Shown piece after piece: positions 51,336 through 61,173 of a stretch of 64,000 nt of DNA (its first letter is position 1; each line of letters begins with the position of its first letter). Below the pieces are notes generated by a model. It searched no databases and was not told the DNA's origin. It saw only the letters and a list, made by a program, of their open reading frames with translations. This DNA is from Planctomycetota bacterium (GTDB lineage Bacteria > Planctomycetota > UBA8108 > SXIK01). The DNA lies in assembly GCA_965223265.1 (NCBI GenBank), contig OZ244999.1, forward strand, positions 7,296,001 through 7,360,000, read 5' to 3'. The position numbers and the translations under genes are program-made.

Positions 51336-52349
51336 ATGCAGACCGTCACGAACAACTTTCGCGCTCAACTCGAGTCGTACAACGGGCCGCTGGACCTCCT
51401 TCTCTATCTGATCAAGAAGGATGAGATCGACGTCCTCGACATCCCCTTGGCGCGCGTCATTGACCAATACCGGATCTATCTCGAGTTGCTCAAGGAGATC
51501 GACCCGAACGTCTGTGGCGACTACATCGTCATGGCGGCGCAGTTGATCGAGATCAAATCGAAACTGCTCTTGCCGCGCCCCGAGGAGGAAGACGGCGATG
51601 ACGAGATGGAAGACCCGCGGCTCGAGCTCGTACAACAACTGCTCGACTTCAAAAAGTACAAAGAACGTTCGCTTCTGCTCGAGGATCGATACGAAGAGTT
51701 TCGCCGCCGGTACCGACGCCCATACGTCGAGATAGAGTTTCAGGAAGATCTCGATGACCCCATCGCGCTCGGCGATGTCTCGATCTGGGATCTTCTCACA
51801 GCGTTTCAGCGCGTGCAGCTCGCGGTCGGGCGACGCGGGCCTCACCGCGTCTTTTTGCGCGAACGCCCAATCTCCGAATACATTGAGACGATCGAGTCAG
51901 CTCTCGTCGACGCGCCAAGGCGAACGATGGCGTTCGCGAGACTCTTCGACAACTACGAGCATCGAGCCGACGCCATCGGACTCTTTCTCGCCATCCTCGA
52001 GCTCGCCAAAGGGTATCGAGTGGCCATCGAACAGGAGCAGTCGTTCGGCGACCTCTTCGTCCGATTGCGGAGCGACGAGGAGACGGCCAAACTGGTCGAG
52101 CTCGAACGCGAGAATCTCGACGAGGACCCGGCAGAGGCTCACCTGCTCCAGGGTGAAGGCGAGGAGGCGCGCTCCCAGCCCATCACTCCCGCCGCGGACC
52201 AGCCCGTGGAGGAGACATCCGAGACAATCGGCGAGGCAAAAGTCTCGCCAGGGCGGACTGTCCTTGGCAGCGGATCGACCGAGACAAACGACGAAGTCGG
52301 TAGACCGGCGAGCGAGCGAGCTGATCCCGAACCTCCGGAAAGCGACTGA
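51336..52349 (+). CDS. scpA: segregation and condensation protein A
   Basis: GPLDLLLYLI, MAAQLIEIKSKLLLP, EDPRLELVQQL, FLAILELAK, QEQSFGD. Confidence 0.93.
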   Translation: MQTVTNNFRAQLESYNGPLDLLLYLIKKDEIDVLDIPLARVIDQYRIYLELLKEIDPNVCGDYIVMAAQLIEIKSKLLLPRPEEEDGDDEMEDPRLELVQQLLDFKKYKERSLLLEDRYEEFRRRYRRPYVEIEFQEDLDDPIALGDVSIWDLLTAFQRVQLAVGRRGPHRVFLRERPISEYIETIESALVDAPRRTMAFARLFDNYEHRADAIGLFLAILELAKGYRVAIEQEQSFGDLFVRLRSDEETAKLVELERENLDEDPAEAHLLQGEGEEARSQPITPAADQPVEETSETIGEAKVSPGRTVLGSGSTETNDEVGRPASERADPEPPESD

Positions 52350-52350
52350 C

Positions 52351-53370
52351 GTGAAGATCGTTTTTCTAGGCTCGGGCGGCTTCGCGGTCCCGATCCTCGA
52401 GCGCCTTCACGAGACCGCGCGAAGCGGCGACCTCGTCTTCGTCATCAGCCGACCGCCTACCCGCCGCGGTCGAGGTCGACGGGTGCAGCCGACGGAAGTG
52501 GCAGAGCGTGCCGAGGCGCTCGGACTGAAGTGCGATACGCCCGCGTCGGCGAACGACACGGCGTACCTCGACGACCTCGAAAAGCTCAACGCAGACCTCT
52601 TCATCGTCGCCGACTACGGCGAACTTCTCAGGCGTCGCATTCGTGAGCTACCGAGAATCGGTATTTTCAATCTCCACGGTTCGCTTCTGCCGCGTTACCG
52701 CGGCGCGGCCCCGGTCGCGCACGCGATTCTCAACGGCGAGATTCGAACCGGCGTGACGCTGTTTCGCATCGAGCGCGGGCTGGATAGCGGCCCGATTGTC
52801 GACACCGCTGGGCTGGAGATCGCGGCTGACGAGACCGCGGGCGAACTCGAAGCTCGGCTAGCGGTGCTCGCCGCTGACTTGCTAGCACGCAATCTCCCGC
52901 GGTTCGCCGACGGGTCGTTCACGGAGTCGCCTCAAGATGAGTCGCTGGCGACTGTGGCGCCTAAACTGAGAAAAAAGGACGGCGAAATCGATTGGTGCGC
53001 CAGCGCAGAGCGCATCGAACGCATGGCACGTGCTTACCAGCCATGGCCGGGCGCCTACAGTCACCTCTACGACAGTCGCGCCCCGCAGCGCACGACGTTT
53101 CGGCGCCTTCGCCCAGTCACACCCCAGCTCGGCGACGGCGAAAACGAAATCTCCGCCGATCTGAAACCAGGGTATGTCTGGATTCCTGACGGCAAAACTC
53201 TCAACATCGTCTGTGGCTCCGGTATCGTCAGAGTCGATGAGATTCAGCGAGCCGGGAAACCACCAATGAGTGCTGCCGCATATCTCAACGGCCAGCGCCT
53301 CAAGAGCGGCGACTACTTCTTCTCGCCGCCGGCTTCGTCCAACTCGAGAGAAAACAGCCTGCCGACGTGA
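52351..53370 (+). CDS. fmt: methionyl-tRNA formyltransferase
   Basis: KIVFLGS..FA, NLHGSLLPRYRGAAP, TGVT...LDSGP, APKL.K.DG.IDW; GTG directly after scpA. Confidence 0.95.
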   Translation: MKIVFLGSGGFAVPILERLHETARSGDLVFVISRPPTRRGRGRRVQPTEVAERAEALGLKCDTPASANDTAYLDDLEKLNADLFIVADYGELLRRRIRELPRIGIFNLHGSLLPRYRGAAPVAHAILNGEIRTGVTLFRIERGLDSGPIVDTAGLEIAADETAGELEARLAVLAADLLARNLPRFADGSFTESPQDESLATVAPKLRKKDGEIDWCASAERIERMARAYQPWPGAYSHLYDSRAPQRTTFRRLRPVTPQLGDGENEISADLKPGYVWIPDGKTLNIVCGSGIVRVDEIQRAGKPPMSAAAYLNGQRLKSGDYFFSPPASSNSRENSLPT

Positions 53371-54815
53371 GCGAAACCACCCCACCGCAAAAATCGCAAA
53401 CCGAAGCGGCCGCTCCAGACGGACGAGTCGAAGTCAGACGACGGGCCATCACGCTTCTCGTCGAAGCGGAGTCGACGCATCAATTCATCGACGACATACT
53501 CGCGCGCACGATCCATCAAGTCGACGAGCGCAACCGCACTCTTCTGCAGGAGATCGTCTACGGTGTCGTGCGCCATATGGCGACGCTCGACGCCATCCTC
53601 GGTTTTTACCTCAAAGTTCCCGTTACCAAGCAGCGCCCCGCCGTGCGCGCGGCGCTTCGTGTCGGGGCCTATCAATCTGTGTTCCTCTCGAGAATCCCGG
53701 CACACGCCGCAGTCTATCAAACAGTCGAAGGACTGAAACGTCTCGACACCTCCGGCGCTCGAGCGGTCGGATTCGCCAACGCCGTGCTGCACCGGCTCAG
53801 CGACGATGTGCTCCGCAAGCAATCGGATCCACCGCTCGACCCGGACGATCCGGCGGTCCTACCGATTCGCCGCGGGTACTGCTTTCTTCGGCGTCCGGTC
53901 TTGCCACTCGTTCGCCTAGATCGCGTTGGACATGTCGCCCTCAAGTATTCGCATCCCAAATGGCTCGTTGCCGCCTGGATCGAACGCTTCGGCGAAGAAG
54001 AGGCGCGTGAGCTGTGCGCCGCCGGAAACACTGTGCCACCCGTCGGCGCCCGCATCACCAAAAAGGCGCCAAGTCGGCAAGAGGTCATGGCGAGCCTGCA
54101 GGCAGACGGCGTCGACGCAGAGTGCGGTGCCCTCGAGAACTCGATTCGCATCTGGCGCAGCGGCCATCTGGCACGAGCGAGCGCGCTGCAGAAGGGATGG
54201 CTCCAGGTTCAAGACGAAACAGCGATTCAAATCGGCGCGGTCCTCAAGCCACCGGCGGGGGCCCGCGTCCTCGATCTCTGCGCCGCCCCGGGAGGCAAGG
54301 CGATGCAGCTTTTGGAGCGTCTCGAGGGGGAAGGCCACTTAGTCGCGGTCGATCGACGCGAGGAAAGGCTCTCGTTGCTACGGTCGAATCTCGACAAGGT
54401 GAACGGCTCCTACAGTGTCGTCGAGGCTCCAGAGGATCCGAGTCAGTTAGATCTTGGCGAGACGTTCACCCACATCATCGTCGACGCGCCCTGCTCCAAC
54501 ACCGGTGTCCTCGCCAGGCGCCCCGAGGCGCGTTGGCGCCTTCGCCGCAGCGACTTCGAGAATCTCGCCAAGCTGCAGCGATCTCTACTCGACGCCGCAT
54601 ACCGCCACCTACGGCCGGGTGGCAAACTTCTTTACTCGACGTGCTCGATCGAGTCCATCGAAAACGAAACCGTGGTCGCAGAGTTCGTCGCTGCGCACCC
54701 AGACCTCACCGAGCTCGAGACCAAGCTCTTTCTCCCGCACCGCACGCCCGGCGACGGGGGTTTCTACAGTCTGCTCCTGAGGGCGCGGGACGGCGAGATG
54801 TCGCTCGGATCGTAG
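53367..54815 (+). CDS. rsmB: 16S rRNA m5C967 methyltransferase (NusB-like + SAM domain)
   Basis: YSHPKW, VQDE, LDLCAAPGGK, DAPCSNTG, YSTCS, DGGF; follows fmt. Confidence 0.92.
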   Translation: MSETTPPQKSQTEAAAPDGRVEVRRRAITLLVEAESTHQFIDDILARTIHQVDERNRTLLQEIVYGVVRHMATLDAILGFYLKVPVTKQRPAVRAALRVGAYQSVFLSRIPAHAAVYQTVEGLKRLDTSGARAVGFANAVLHRLSDDVLRKQSDPPLDPDDPAVLPIRRGYCFLRRPVLPLVRLDRVGHVALKYSHPKWLVAAWIERFGEEEARELCAAGNTVPPVGARITKKAPSRQEVMASLQADGVDAECGALENSIRIWRSGHLARASALQKGWLQVQDETAIQIGAVLKPPAGARVLDLCAAPGGKAMQLLERLEGEGHLVAVDRREERLSLLRSNLDKVNGSYSVVEAPEDPSQLDLGETFTHIIVDAPCSNTGVLARRPEARWRLRRSDFENLAKLQRSLLDAAYRHLRPGGKLLYSTCSIESIENETVVAEFVAAHPDLTELETKLFLPHRTPGDGGFYSLLLRARDGEMSLGS

Positions 54816-54976
54816 CGGCCCGTGCACCAGATCTGTTGGCGTTGCGACTTTCGCTTTCGCCGCCGTTGGGGTCGAGTTCGGGTCGCGCTGCAATGGCGAC
54901 CGAGATTTCCCACTCCACCTGGAAGTTCGTGAGTAGAATCGGCGGTACGCAACGTTTCGATTGCTCCAGAACCAAC

Positions 54977-55897
54977 ATGTTCCCACCGTCCATGAATGCC
55001 ACCACTGCAACGCTGACCGTTTTTCTTTCCCTGATGATGGCGACACCGTCAACGGCGCAGGATGCGCTCGACGTTCGCGTCATGTCATTCAATATCCGCT
55101 ACGGCACGGCCAAAGACGGTGAGAACCATTGGCAGAAGCGCCGTGATCTCGTCTTCGAGCTGCTGCGACAGGAGAAGTGCGACGTTCTTGCTCTCCAGGA
55201 AGTGCTGCGTTTTCAGATGGACGAACTCCTCGCAGCCCTACCCGACTATGCAGCAGTTGGCGTCGGGCGAGATGACGGCAAAGCAGGCGGCGAACATGCG
55301 GCGATTCTCTATCGCAAGAGCCGTTTCGAGGCGCTCGAGAATGCGACGTTCTGGCTCTCTGAGACTCCGGAGATGCCTGGGTCCAAAAGCTGGGGTAGTG
55401 CGCACACCCGCATTTGCACCTGGGCGCGGCTGCGCTCTAAAGCGAGCGGCAAAGGCTTCCTCGTCTTCAATGTCCACCTCGACAACAAGAGTCGTGCTTC
55501 ACGAATTCATTCCGCTCAGCTCATCGCCGAACGCATCGACGCCGTCTCCGACGGCAGCGATCCGGTGATTCTTGCAGGGGATTTCAACGCCGCCGAAGAT
55601 TCACAACCAATGATGTTTCTGCGCGGCGAAGTGCCAGCTGTCGACTCTTCGCGTCTTCTGCAAGCACCCTGGGTGGATACCTTTCGCGCCCGGCATCCTG
55701 ACACGCAGCCGGCTGGAACCTTCAACGGCTTTGTCGGCGACCGCGACGGTGCCAAGATCGACTACATCCTCACGCGCAGCCGGCGAGCCTACGTGCGCGA
55801 GGCCTACATCCTCGATTGGCAAAAGCGCGGTCGCTACCCGTCCGATCACTTTCCCGTTGTCGCCCACTTGGTCCTCGGAGCGTGGCGCACAAGCTAG
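54977..55897 (+). CDS. exported endonuclease/exonuclease/phosphatase family protein
   Basis: Signal peptide; MSFNIRY, LQE, NVHLD, GDFN, IDYI, PSDH.PV. Start 54977 or 54992. Confidence 0.92.
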   Translation: MFPPSMNATTATLTVFLSLMMATPSTAQDALDVRVMSFNIRYGTAKDGENHWQKRRDLVFELLRQEKCDVLALQEVLRFQMDELLAALPDYAAVGVGRDDGKAGGEHAAILYRKSRFEALENATFWLSETPEMPGSKSWGSAHTRICTWARLRSKASGKGFLVFNVHLDNKSRASRIHSAQLIAERIDAVSDGSDPVILAGDFNAAEDSQPMMFLRGEVPAVDSSRLLQAPWVDTFRARHPDTQPAGTFNGFVGDRDGAKIDYILTRSRRAYVREAYILDWQKRGRYPSDHFPVVAHLVLGAWRTS

Positions 55898-56075
55898 CAG
55901 CCCGTTGAAAAAGTCATTCGGCTGAGAAACCGGCCTCTTCACGCCCAGATCAGCCGCGGCGAGCCTCGCCGTGTATATCTTATAGAAGAGGGCTCGGAGA
56001 TTACCTGCGTTCGCCGCGGCTGATCTGGACGCGAAGCGACCAGTTTTCAGCTCGAAGCACTTTTTCAACAGGCTG
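55898..56075. mobile_element. family A element, copy 5 (178 bp)
   Basis: Same TIRs; flanked by CTAG/CTAA; abuts the stop codon of the upstream gene; between convergent genes. Confidence 0.85.
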
Positions 56076-56203
56076 CTAAGCGTAGAGCACGCGCAGCAAG
56101 CTGCGCGCGTCGGAAAGTTCTCACAGCGACGGTGCCGGGCGGGAATGGATCGCACCTCGCCGTCGTCGTTGAGGCAGGCAGACGGACGGATCAAGCCGCC
56201 CGT

Positions 56204-57199
56204 TCAGCTTTGCGTCTGAACCGCGGCCGACGCTGGCTTCTCCCGCCCTTGAGGAACCGGTTCGTTGAGTAGTCGCTTGACGACGCGTTCGAGCGCGGCG
56301 TAGTCCTTGTATCCAGAGAACTTCTCCTTGATCGTGCCGTCGCGCCCGATGAAGAAGGTCGTGGGAAAAGCCTGGACGTCGATTGCAGTCAGGCGAGCAT
56401 AACTCAGCAGTGACAAACGGTAGTTGATGGCTTGTTGGCGAGAAAAACGCTCGATCCGAGTACGGATCGCTTCGTTCGGTTCGCTGTTCTCCCAGGTCAA
56501 GCCGATGATGTCCAGTCCTTCGTCACCGTACTCTCTTTGCAGCCGCACGAAGTGCGGGAGCTCCATGCGACACGGAGGGCACCAGGTTCCCCAGACATCG
56601 ACGATGACGACCTTGCCCTCGAAGTCTTTCTTATCGATCACCTTGCCGTGGATATCCTTTAGACCGTAGGCCATCTCGGCAAGCTCACGTCGTGCCTTGT
56701 CCACTATAGTCACAAATCGTGGATCGCTTCGCAGCGAGCCAAAACCGGGATCAAGCCGAAGCGACTGGGCGTTCCAGAGTCCATGTTCAACGGCTGCTTC
56801 CAGTGCCTCGAACGCTTCTTTGGGTTGACCAAGCCGCGCGAGGTTCGAACCCTTGAGGCGAAAAATCATGGCGCGGTTCGCATCCAATCCCCCGCCTTCT
56901 GCATGCGGCAAGCCGCTCAAAAGGTCATCGAAGACGCGGTTCGCCTGCTCGAACTCCTCGGCCTCCATGTGTCTCGACGCAGTTTGAAACAACAACTGAA
57001 GGCGCTCCACTTCTGCCGCGGTCAACTCGCGCGGCTTCTCTTTCTCTGCCTCCGCGGTCCCGGCTGGCGCTGCACTCGCCGACGTCGACTTCTCGGCGTT
57101 GGGATCGGCACGAAGCGAAGAACCGCCGATCGCGGCGCAAAACGCAGCGACAAGTGGCAGAAAGAACAGACAGGTGACGTATGGGCGGCGGCAGTTCAT
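56204..57199 (-). CDS. TlpA-family thiol-disulfide oxidoreductase with TPR region
   Basis: Signal peptide; TPR-like helices; DVWGTWCPPCRMELP; FPTTFFIGRDG. Confidence 0.9.
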   Translation of the reverse strand: MNCRRPYVTCLFFLPLVAAFCAAIGGSSLRADPNAEKSTSASAAPAGTAEAEKEKPRELTAAEVERLQLLFQTASRHMEAEEFEQANRVFDDLLSGLPHAEGGGLDANRAMIFRLKGSNLARLGQPKEAFEALEAAVEHGLWNAQSLRLDPGFGSLRSDPRFVTIVDKARRELAEMAYGLKDIHGKVIDKKDFEGKVVIVDVWGTWCPPCRMELPHFVRLQREYGDEGLDIIGLTWENSEPNEAIRTRIERFSRQQAINYRLSLLSYARLTAIDVQAFPTTFFIGRDGTIKEKFSGYKDYAALERVVKRLLNEPVPQGREKPASAAVQTQS

Positions 57200-57439
57200 G
57201 GGTTCTCCGGAGGAGTTGGGGTGCGGAAGAGTGAGGTTTCCCCACTTTTATAACGGCTGCGGACGCCCAGGAGTGCCGCTTTTTTCCGTGACGCGCCGAG
57301 TCCGCAGCTCCAAACCAGGGCCTATCACCTGGTTAGGGCATGCCGCCGGGGTGCGGCGGCGCAGAAAAGCGGAACACCAGAAAGCCGCCTGCCGCGACGC
57401 TGCTGTCACCGGCTGGCAATGTGACCAGGCGCCTTCTTC

Positions 57440-58327
57440 CTAACAGCCCGTCTTCGCGGTCGCCGAGACGCCGTAGGTCTCCTTGTCGGCGGGGAATCGC
57501 GCCGACATCACGTCGGCTCGGTAGGCTTCAAGCGCTGACACCGCTTGCTCAAAGACGTTGAGGTAAGCGCGCACGAACTTCGGCGGCCGACCCGGCAGTA
57601 GACCAAGAAGATCGCTGAGGACAAGAATCTGACCGTCGCAGTGAACCCCGGCGCCGATGCCGATGGTCGGAATCGACAGCCGCAGCGTCAGTTCTTCGGC
57701 GAGCGCCTGCGGAATACCCTCGAGAACGAGAGCAAACACGCCAGCCTCTTCCAGTGCAACCGCGTCGTCAACGATCGCGCGTGCCTCTGCGGGTGCCTTG
57801 CCCTGAACGCGATAGCCGCCCATCGCGTGCACTGACTGCGGTGTGAGCCCGATGTGCCCAAGAACCGGTACGCCATTGGCGACGAGGCGTTCGACGAGCG
57901 GAGCACGAAGGCTTCCGCCCTCGAGCTTGATCGCCACGGCGCCCGATTTGACGTAGTCGATCGCACGCTCAACGGCGCTGTCTTCGTCGGCTTGATACGT
58001 GCCGAACGGCATGTCCATGACCAGGAGCGGATGCACCACCGCGCGCGCTACTGCCCTGAGCGCGACCAGCATTTCCTCATGGCTCACTGGCAGTGTGTTT
58101 CGGTAGCCAAGCGCTGTGTTGGCAAGACTATCGCCGACGAGCACCAAATCCATGCCCGCGTAGTCAGCGAGCAGGCCGGAAGGATAGTCGTACGCAGTCA
58201 CGGCGACGATCTTTCGCCCGTTCTCCTTGTAGCGCTGCAGCAGCGGCACCGTCACTTTGCTGCGCTCCGCCCCGCGGCGCCCGTCGCCACCGATTCCACG
58301 CTGACGCGGATCCTGTTGCGCACTCAT
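57440..58327 (-). CDS. panB: 3-methyl-2-oxobutanoate hydroxymethyltransferase
   Basis: TAYDY, LVGDS, DMPF, KLEGG, GHIGLTPQS, IGIGAG..CDGQILV; start uncertain (ORF open to 58369). Confidence 0.96.
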   Translation of the reverse strand: MSAQQDPRQRGIGGDGRRGAERSKVTVPLLQRYKENGRKIVAVTAYDYPSGLLADYAGMDLVLVGDSLANTALGYRNTLPVSHEEMLVALRAVARAVVHPLLVMDMPFGTYQADEDSAVERAIDYVKSGAVAIKLEGGSLRAPLVERLVANGVPVLGHIGLTPQSVHAMGGYRVQGKAPAEARAIVDDAVALEEAGVFALVLEGIPQALAEELTLRLSIPTIGIGAGVHCDGQILVLSDLLGLLPGRPPKFVRAYLNVFEQAVSALEAYRADVMSARFPADKETYGVSATAKTGC

Positions 58328-58521
58328 GTCTTTCGAGCTCCTGAACGCCGTTCTAACAACGGGCTTCACCTTGAGGGACGACCGAGGGCGGATCGAACGA
58401 ATCGTGGATCAGATGCGATCACCCACCGCGTTGAGGCAGACACCTCGGTGCGATCGTCGGGCGCCAGAGCGTAGAGCCCCGGAGCCAAACCGGTCCAGGG
58501 AGCAGGATACGCATCCGACAC

Positions 58522-58575
58522 ATATTCAGCCAATAAATAGTTGATATGAGTAACCATAGGATCTATCAATACATC
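58522..58575. promoter_or_regulatory. AT-rich divergent promoter region with putative LysR operator
   Basis: AT-rich island AATAAATAGTTGATATGAGTAACCATAGGATCTATCAAT with ATAG-gat-CTAT dyad, between divergent panB and the LysR gene. Confidence 0.5.
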
Positions 58576-58630
58576 GTGCCGATGCGGCTGGCTATGGCCC
58601 CACGAAGGTACGACTCCAGGAATTGATCGC

Positions 58631-59497
58631 ATGGACCTTCATAAGCTCAAGGGATTTCATGCCGTGGCGCGTTACGGCGGCTTCACTGCCGCGGCGAGAC
58701 GACTAGGGCTCACGCAGCCGACGCTCAGCCTTCAGGTCAAGGCGCTGGAAACCGAACTCGGGACACGCCTGCTCGAGCGCGCGGCTCGAGGCGTGCAGCT
58801 GACTCCCGAAGGGGAGGTTCTCTTCGATCGAGCTTCGCGCCTCCTGGACGCCGAGGCGGAAATCGACTCGCTCTTTAGCGACCGCACGCGATTCTCGTCG
58901 GCTCGCTTCGCAATCGCGACGAACCAGTCCATCGCGGCTCACATCTTGCCGAAGCGACTGGAAGTCTTCACCGGACGCTTTCCCAACGTGGAAGTCAACA
59001 TCCACAACATGCGGACCGCGGACATTCTCGCCGCCGTGCACGACAACACCATCGACATCGGCATCATTCTGATCGACCCGCGGGACACAGGACTGGTCGC
59101 CCACAGCGTACTGCCTTACGAGATGGTACTCGTGACGCCCCGCGATCACCCACTAAGCCTCAAGCGCCGCGTCACGCTAGCCGACATCGCCGAACATCCC
59201 TTCATCTCTTATACGAAAGACACCGAAACCCGCCAACTCATCGACCAGCCGTTCGAAAACGAGCGGCGCCAAGTCGCGGTCAAGATGGCGCTGGGCAGCA
59301 CGGATCTCATCATAACGTACGTCAGTTTGGGGTACGGGATCGCGATCATCCACAACCTCAACATCGACGAGGCGGATCGGGCACACCTACATGTGCGGCC
59401 GCTCAAGCGGTACTATCGACGGCAATACATACACCTCGTTTACCGCAGCGATGAGTCACTCAGCGCCGTCGCACGTTCCTTCGTCGAGCTCTTCTGA
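58631..59497 (+). CDS. LysR family transcriptional regulator
   Basis: HTH FTAAARRLGLTQPTLSLQVKALE.ELG..LLER....LTPEG; substrate-binding domain. Confidence 0.95.
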   Translation: MDLHKLKGFHAVARYGGFTAAARRLGLTQPTLSLQVKALETELGTRLLERAARGVQLTPEGEVLFDRASRLLDAEAEIDSLFSDRTRFSSARFAIATNQSIAAHILPKRLEVFTGRFPNVEVNIHNMRTADILAAVHDNTIDIGIILIDPRDTGLVAHSVLPYEMVLVTPRDHPLSLKRRVTLADIAEHPFISYTKDTETRQLIDQPFENERRQVAVKMALGSTDLIITYVSLGYGIAIIHNLNIDEADRAHLHVRPLKRYYRRQYIHLVYRSDESLSAVARSFVELF

Positions 59498-59703
59498 AGG
59501 CCGCAAGGCCGCGCAGCCTCGTCGCGCGCGAGAGTTGCTTTTCCTTCGCTTCCGCCGCCCTTTTGCGGCATTAATATTGACCGGAACACGTCGCTCGCGA
59601 CGCGTGCCTCGCCTCACCAAAGATTTCGGCGCCGCGACGTGCGGGCGCCTGTGCACGAACTCCGACCGATCGCACGACAAATCGCCCTACGAGTCAGCGA
59701 CAC

Positions 59704-61035
59704 ATGATGTCTACATCGACCTTCGACACGAACGTAACGTGTGTCGTTATGGGTGGAGGCGCGGGATCACGCCTTTATCCGCTCACCCACCTGCGCAGCA
59801 AGCCCGCAGTTCCGCTCGGCGGCAAGTACCGCCTCATCGATATTCCGATCTCCAACTGCATCAACTCAGGTTTGCGGCGCATATTCATCCTCACGCAATA
59901 CAACTCGACATCACTCCACACCCACATTTCGAGCAGCTATCATTTCGATCGCTTCTCGAAAGCCTTCATCGAGATTCTCGCCGCCCAGCAGTCACCACAG
60001 TACACCGTGGAACACTCGTGGTACGAAGGCACCGCCGACGCGGTGCGCAAAAACATCGTGCGTTTGAAAGAAGCGGGCGGCGACGAGGTGCTGATTCTCT
60101 CCGGCGATCAAATCTACCAGATGAATTTTCAGGAGATTCTACGATCACACCGCGGTTCTGTAGCGAACGATCAACAAGCCTCCGATGTCACGATCGCGGC
60201 GATGCTCGTCAAGAAGGAGCAAGCACGGCAGCTCGGCATCATGAAAATCGACCGCACGGGACGAGTCGTCGCGTTCATCGAGAAGCCGGGCGAGCGCGAT
60301 GATCTGTTTGAAGGGCTGGAAGCATCGCCGGGCGACCTCGATCGCTTCGGCTTGAGCCCGGATGAAGGCGACTACTACTTCGCCAACATGGGGATTTACG
60401 TCTTCAATCGTCGGCGCTTGGAGGCGGCGCTCGAGAACGACTTCTCCGACTTTGGCCGCCAGGTACTCCCTGCGATGCTACGCCAGTGTCAAGTCAGAGC
60501 GCACCCCTTTCATGGCTACTGGGAAGACATCGGAACCATCGGCGCATTCCACCAGGCCAACCTCGAACTCGGCGGCGCCGTACCGCGGTTTAATTTCTAC
60601 CTCGAGGAAAACCCGATTTACACGCGCGCCCGACTCTTGCCGGCGTCGAAGATTCAGAACGCGATCATCACCAGGTCGCTGGTGTCAGACGGCTGCCTGA
60701 TCGAGCAGGCGACGATTGAAGACTCCCTCATTGGCCTCAGGTCGACGGTGGGGCCAGGTTGCGAGATCCGCCGTACCTACGTGATGGGAATGGATTACTA
60801 CGAAACCGAAGAAGAGCGTGAAGAGGATCGGGTGGCGGCGCTCCCGAACGTCGGCATCGGCGCCGATTGCACGATCGAAAACGCAATCATCGACAAGAAC
60901 GCGCGGGTCGGGCGCGGCGTTCGCCTGCTCAACACTAAAGGCCATAAGACGTACGAGGACGGGTACGTCATCGTACGCGACGGCATCGTCGTCGTTCCCC
61001 GCGGCGGCGTCGTGCCAGACGGCTACGAGTTTTGA
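59704..61035 (+). CDS. glgC: glucose-1-phosphate adenylyltransferase
   Basis: GGGAGSRLYPLT..RSKPAVPLGGKYRLIDIP, GTADAVR, LSGDQ, EKP, YWEDIGT, AIIDKNAR. Confidence 0.96.
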   Translation: MMSTSTFDTNVTCVVMGGGAGSRLYPLTHLRSKPAVPLGGKYRLIDIPISNCINSGLRRIFILTQYNSTSLHTHISSSYHFDRFSKAFIEILAAQQSPQYTVEHSWYEGTADAVRKNIVRLKEAGGDEVLILSGDQIYQMNFQEILRSHRGSVANDQQASDVTIAAMLVKKEQARQLGIMKIDRTGRVVAFIEKPGERDDLFEGLEASPGDLDRFGLSPDEGDYYFANMGIYVFNRRRLEAALENDFSDFGRQVLPAMLRQCQVRAHPFHGYWEDIGTIGAFHQANLELGGAVPRFNFYLEENPIYTRARLLPASKIQNAIITRSLVSDGCLIEQATIEDSLIGLRSTVGPGCEIRRTYVMGMDYYETEEEREEDRVAALPNVGIGADCTIENAIIDKNARVGRGVRLLNTKGHKTYEDGYVIVRDGIVVVPRGGVVPDGYEF

Positions 61036-61173
61036 TTTCCCACGTCGGCAGTGCCCACGGAGGCGGAACTGGACTGCAGGCGGGCCGCGCGCGTGCGGCC
61101 GCGACTCGAAACGCCGCTGCTGACGCCCTCTTCGCCGTTCTTGCTTGTCATTCCTGCATCGTTGGGGTCTGCG

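Noticed and set aside
50337-51845. Long antisense ORFs (also 42412-43677, 27371-28255 and 14187-14945)
   Set aside because: Shadow frames opposite well-supported genes, typical of high-GC codon bias.
51336-52349. scpA without adjacent scpB as an anomaly
   Set aside because: scpA and scpB are often unlinked; absence cannot be judged from one window.
51754-52350. N-terminal extensions of fmt (and of the EEP ORF from 54014, purH from 35919)
   Set aside because: They overlap other genes or lack homology; the recognisable domains start downstream.
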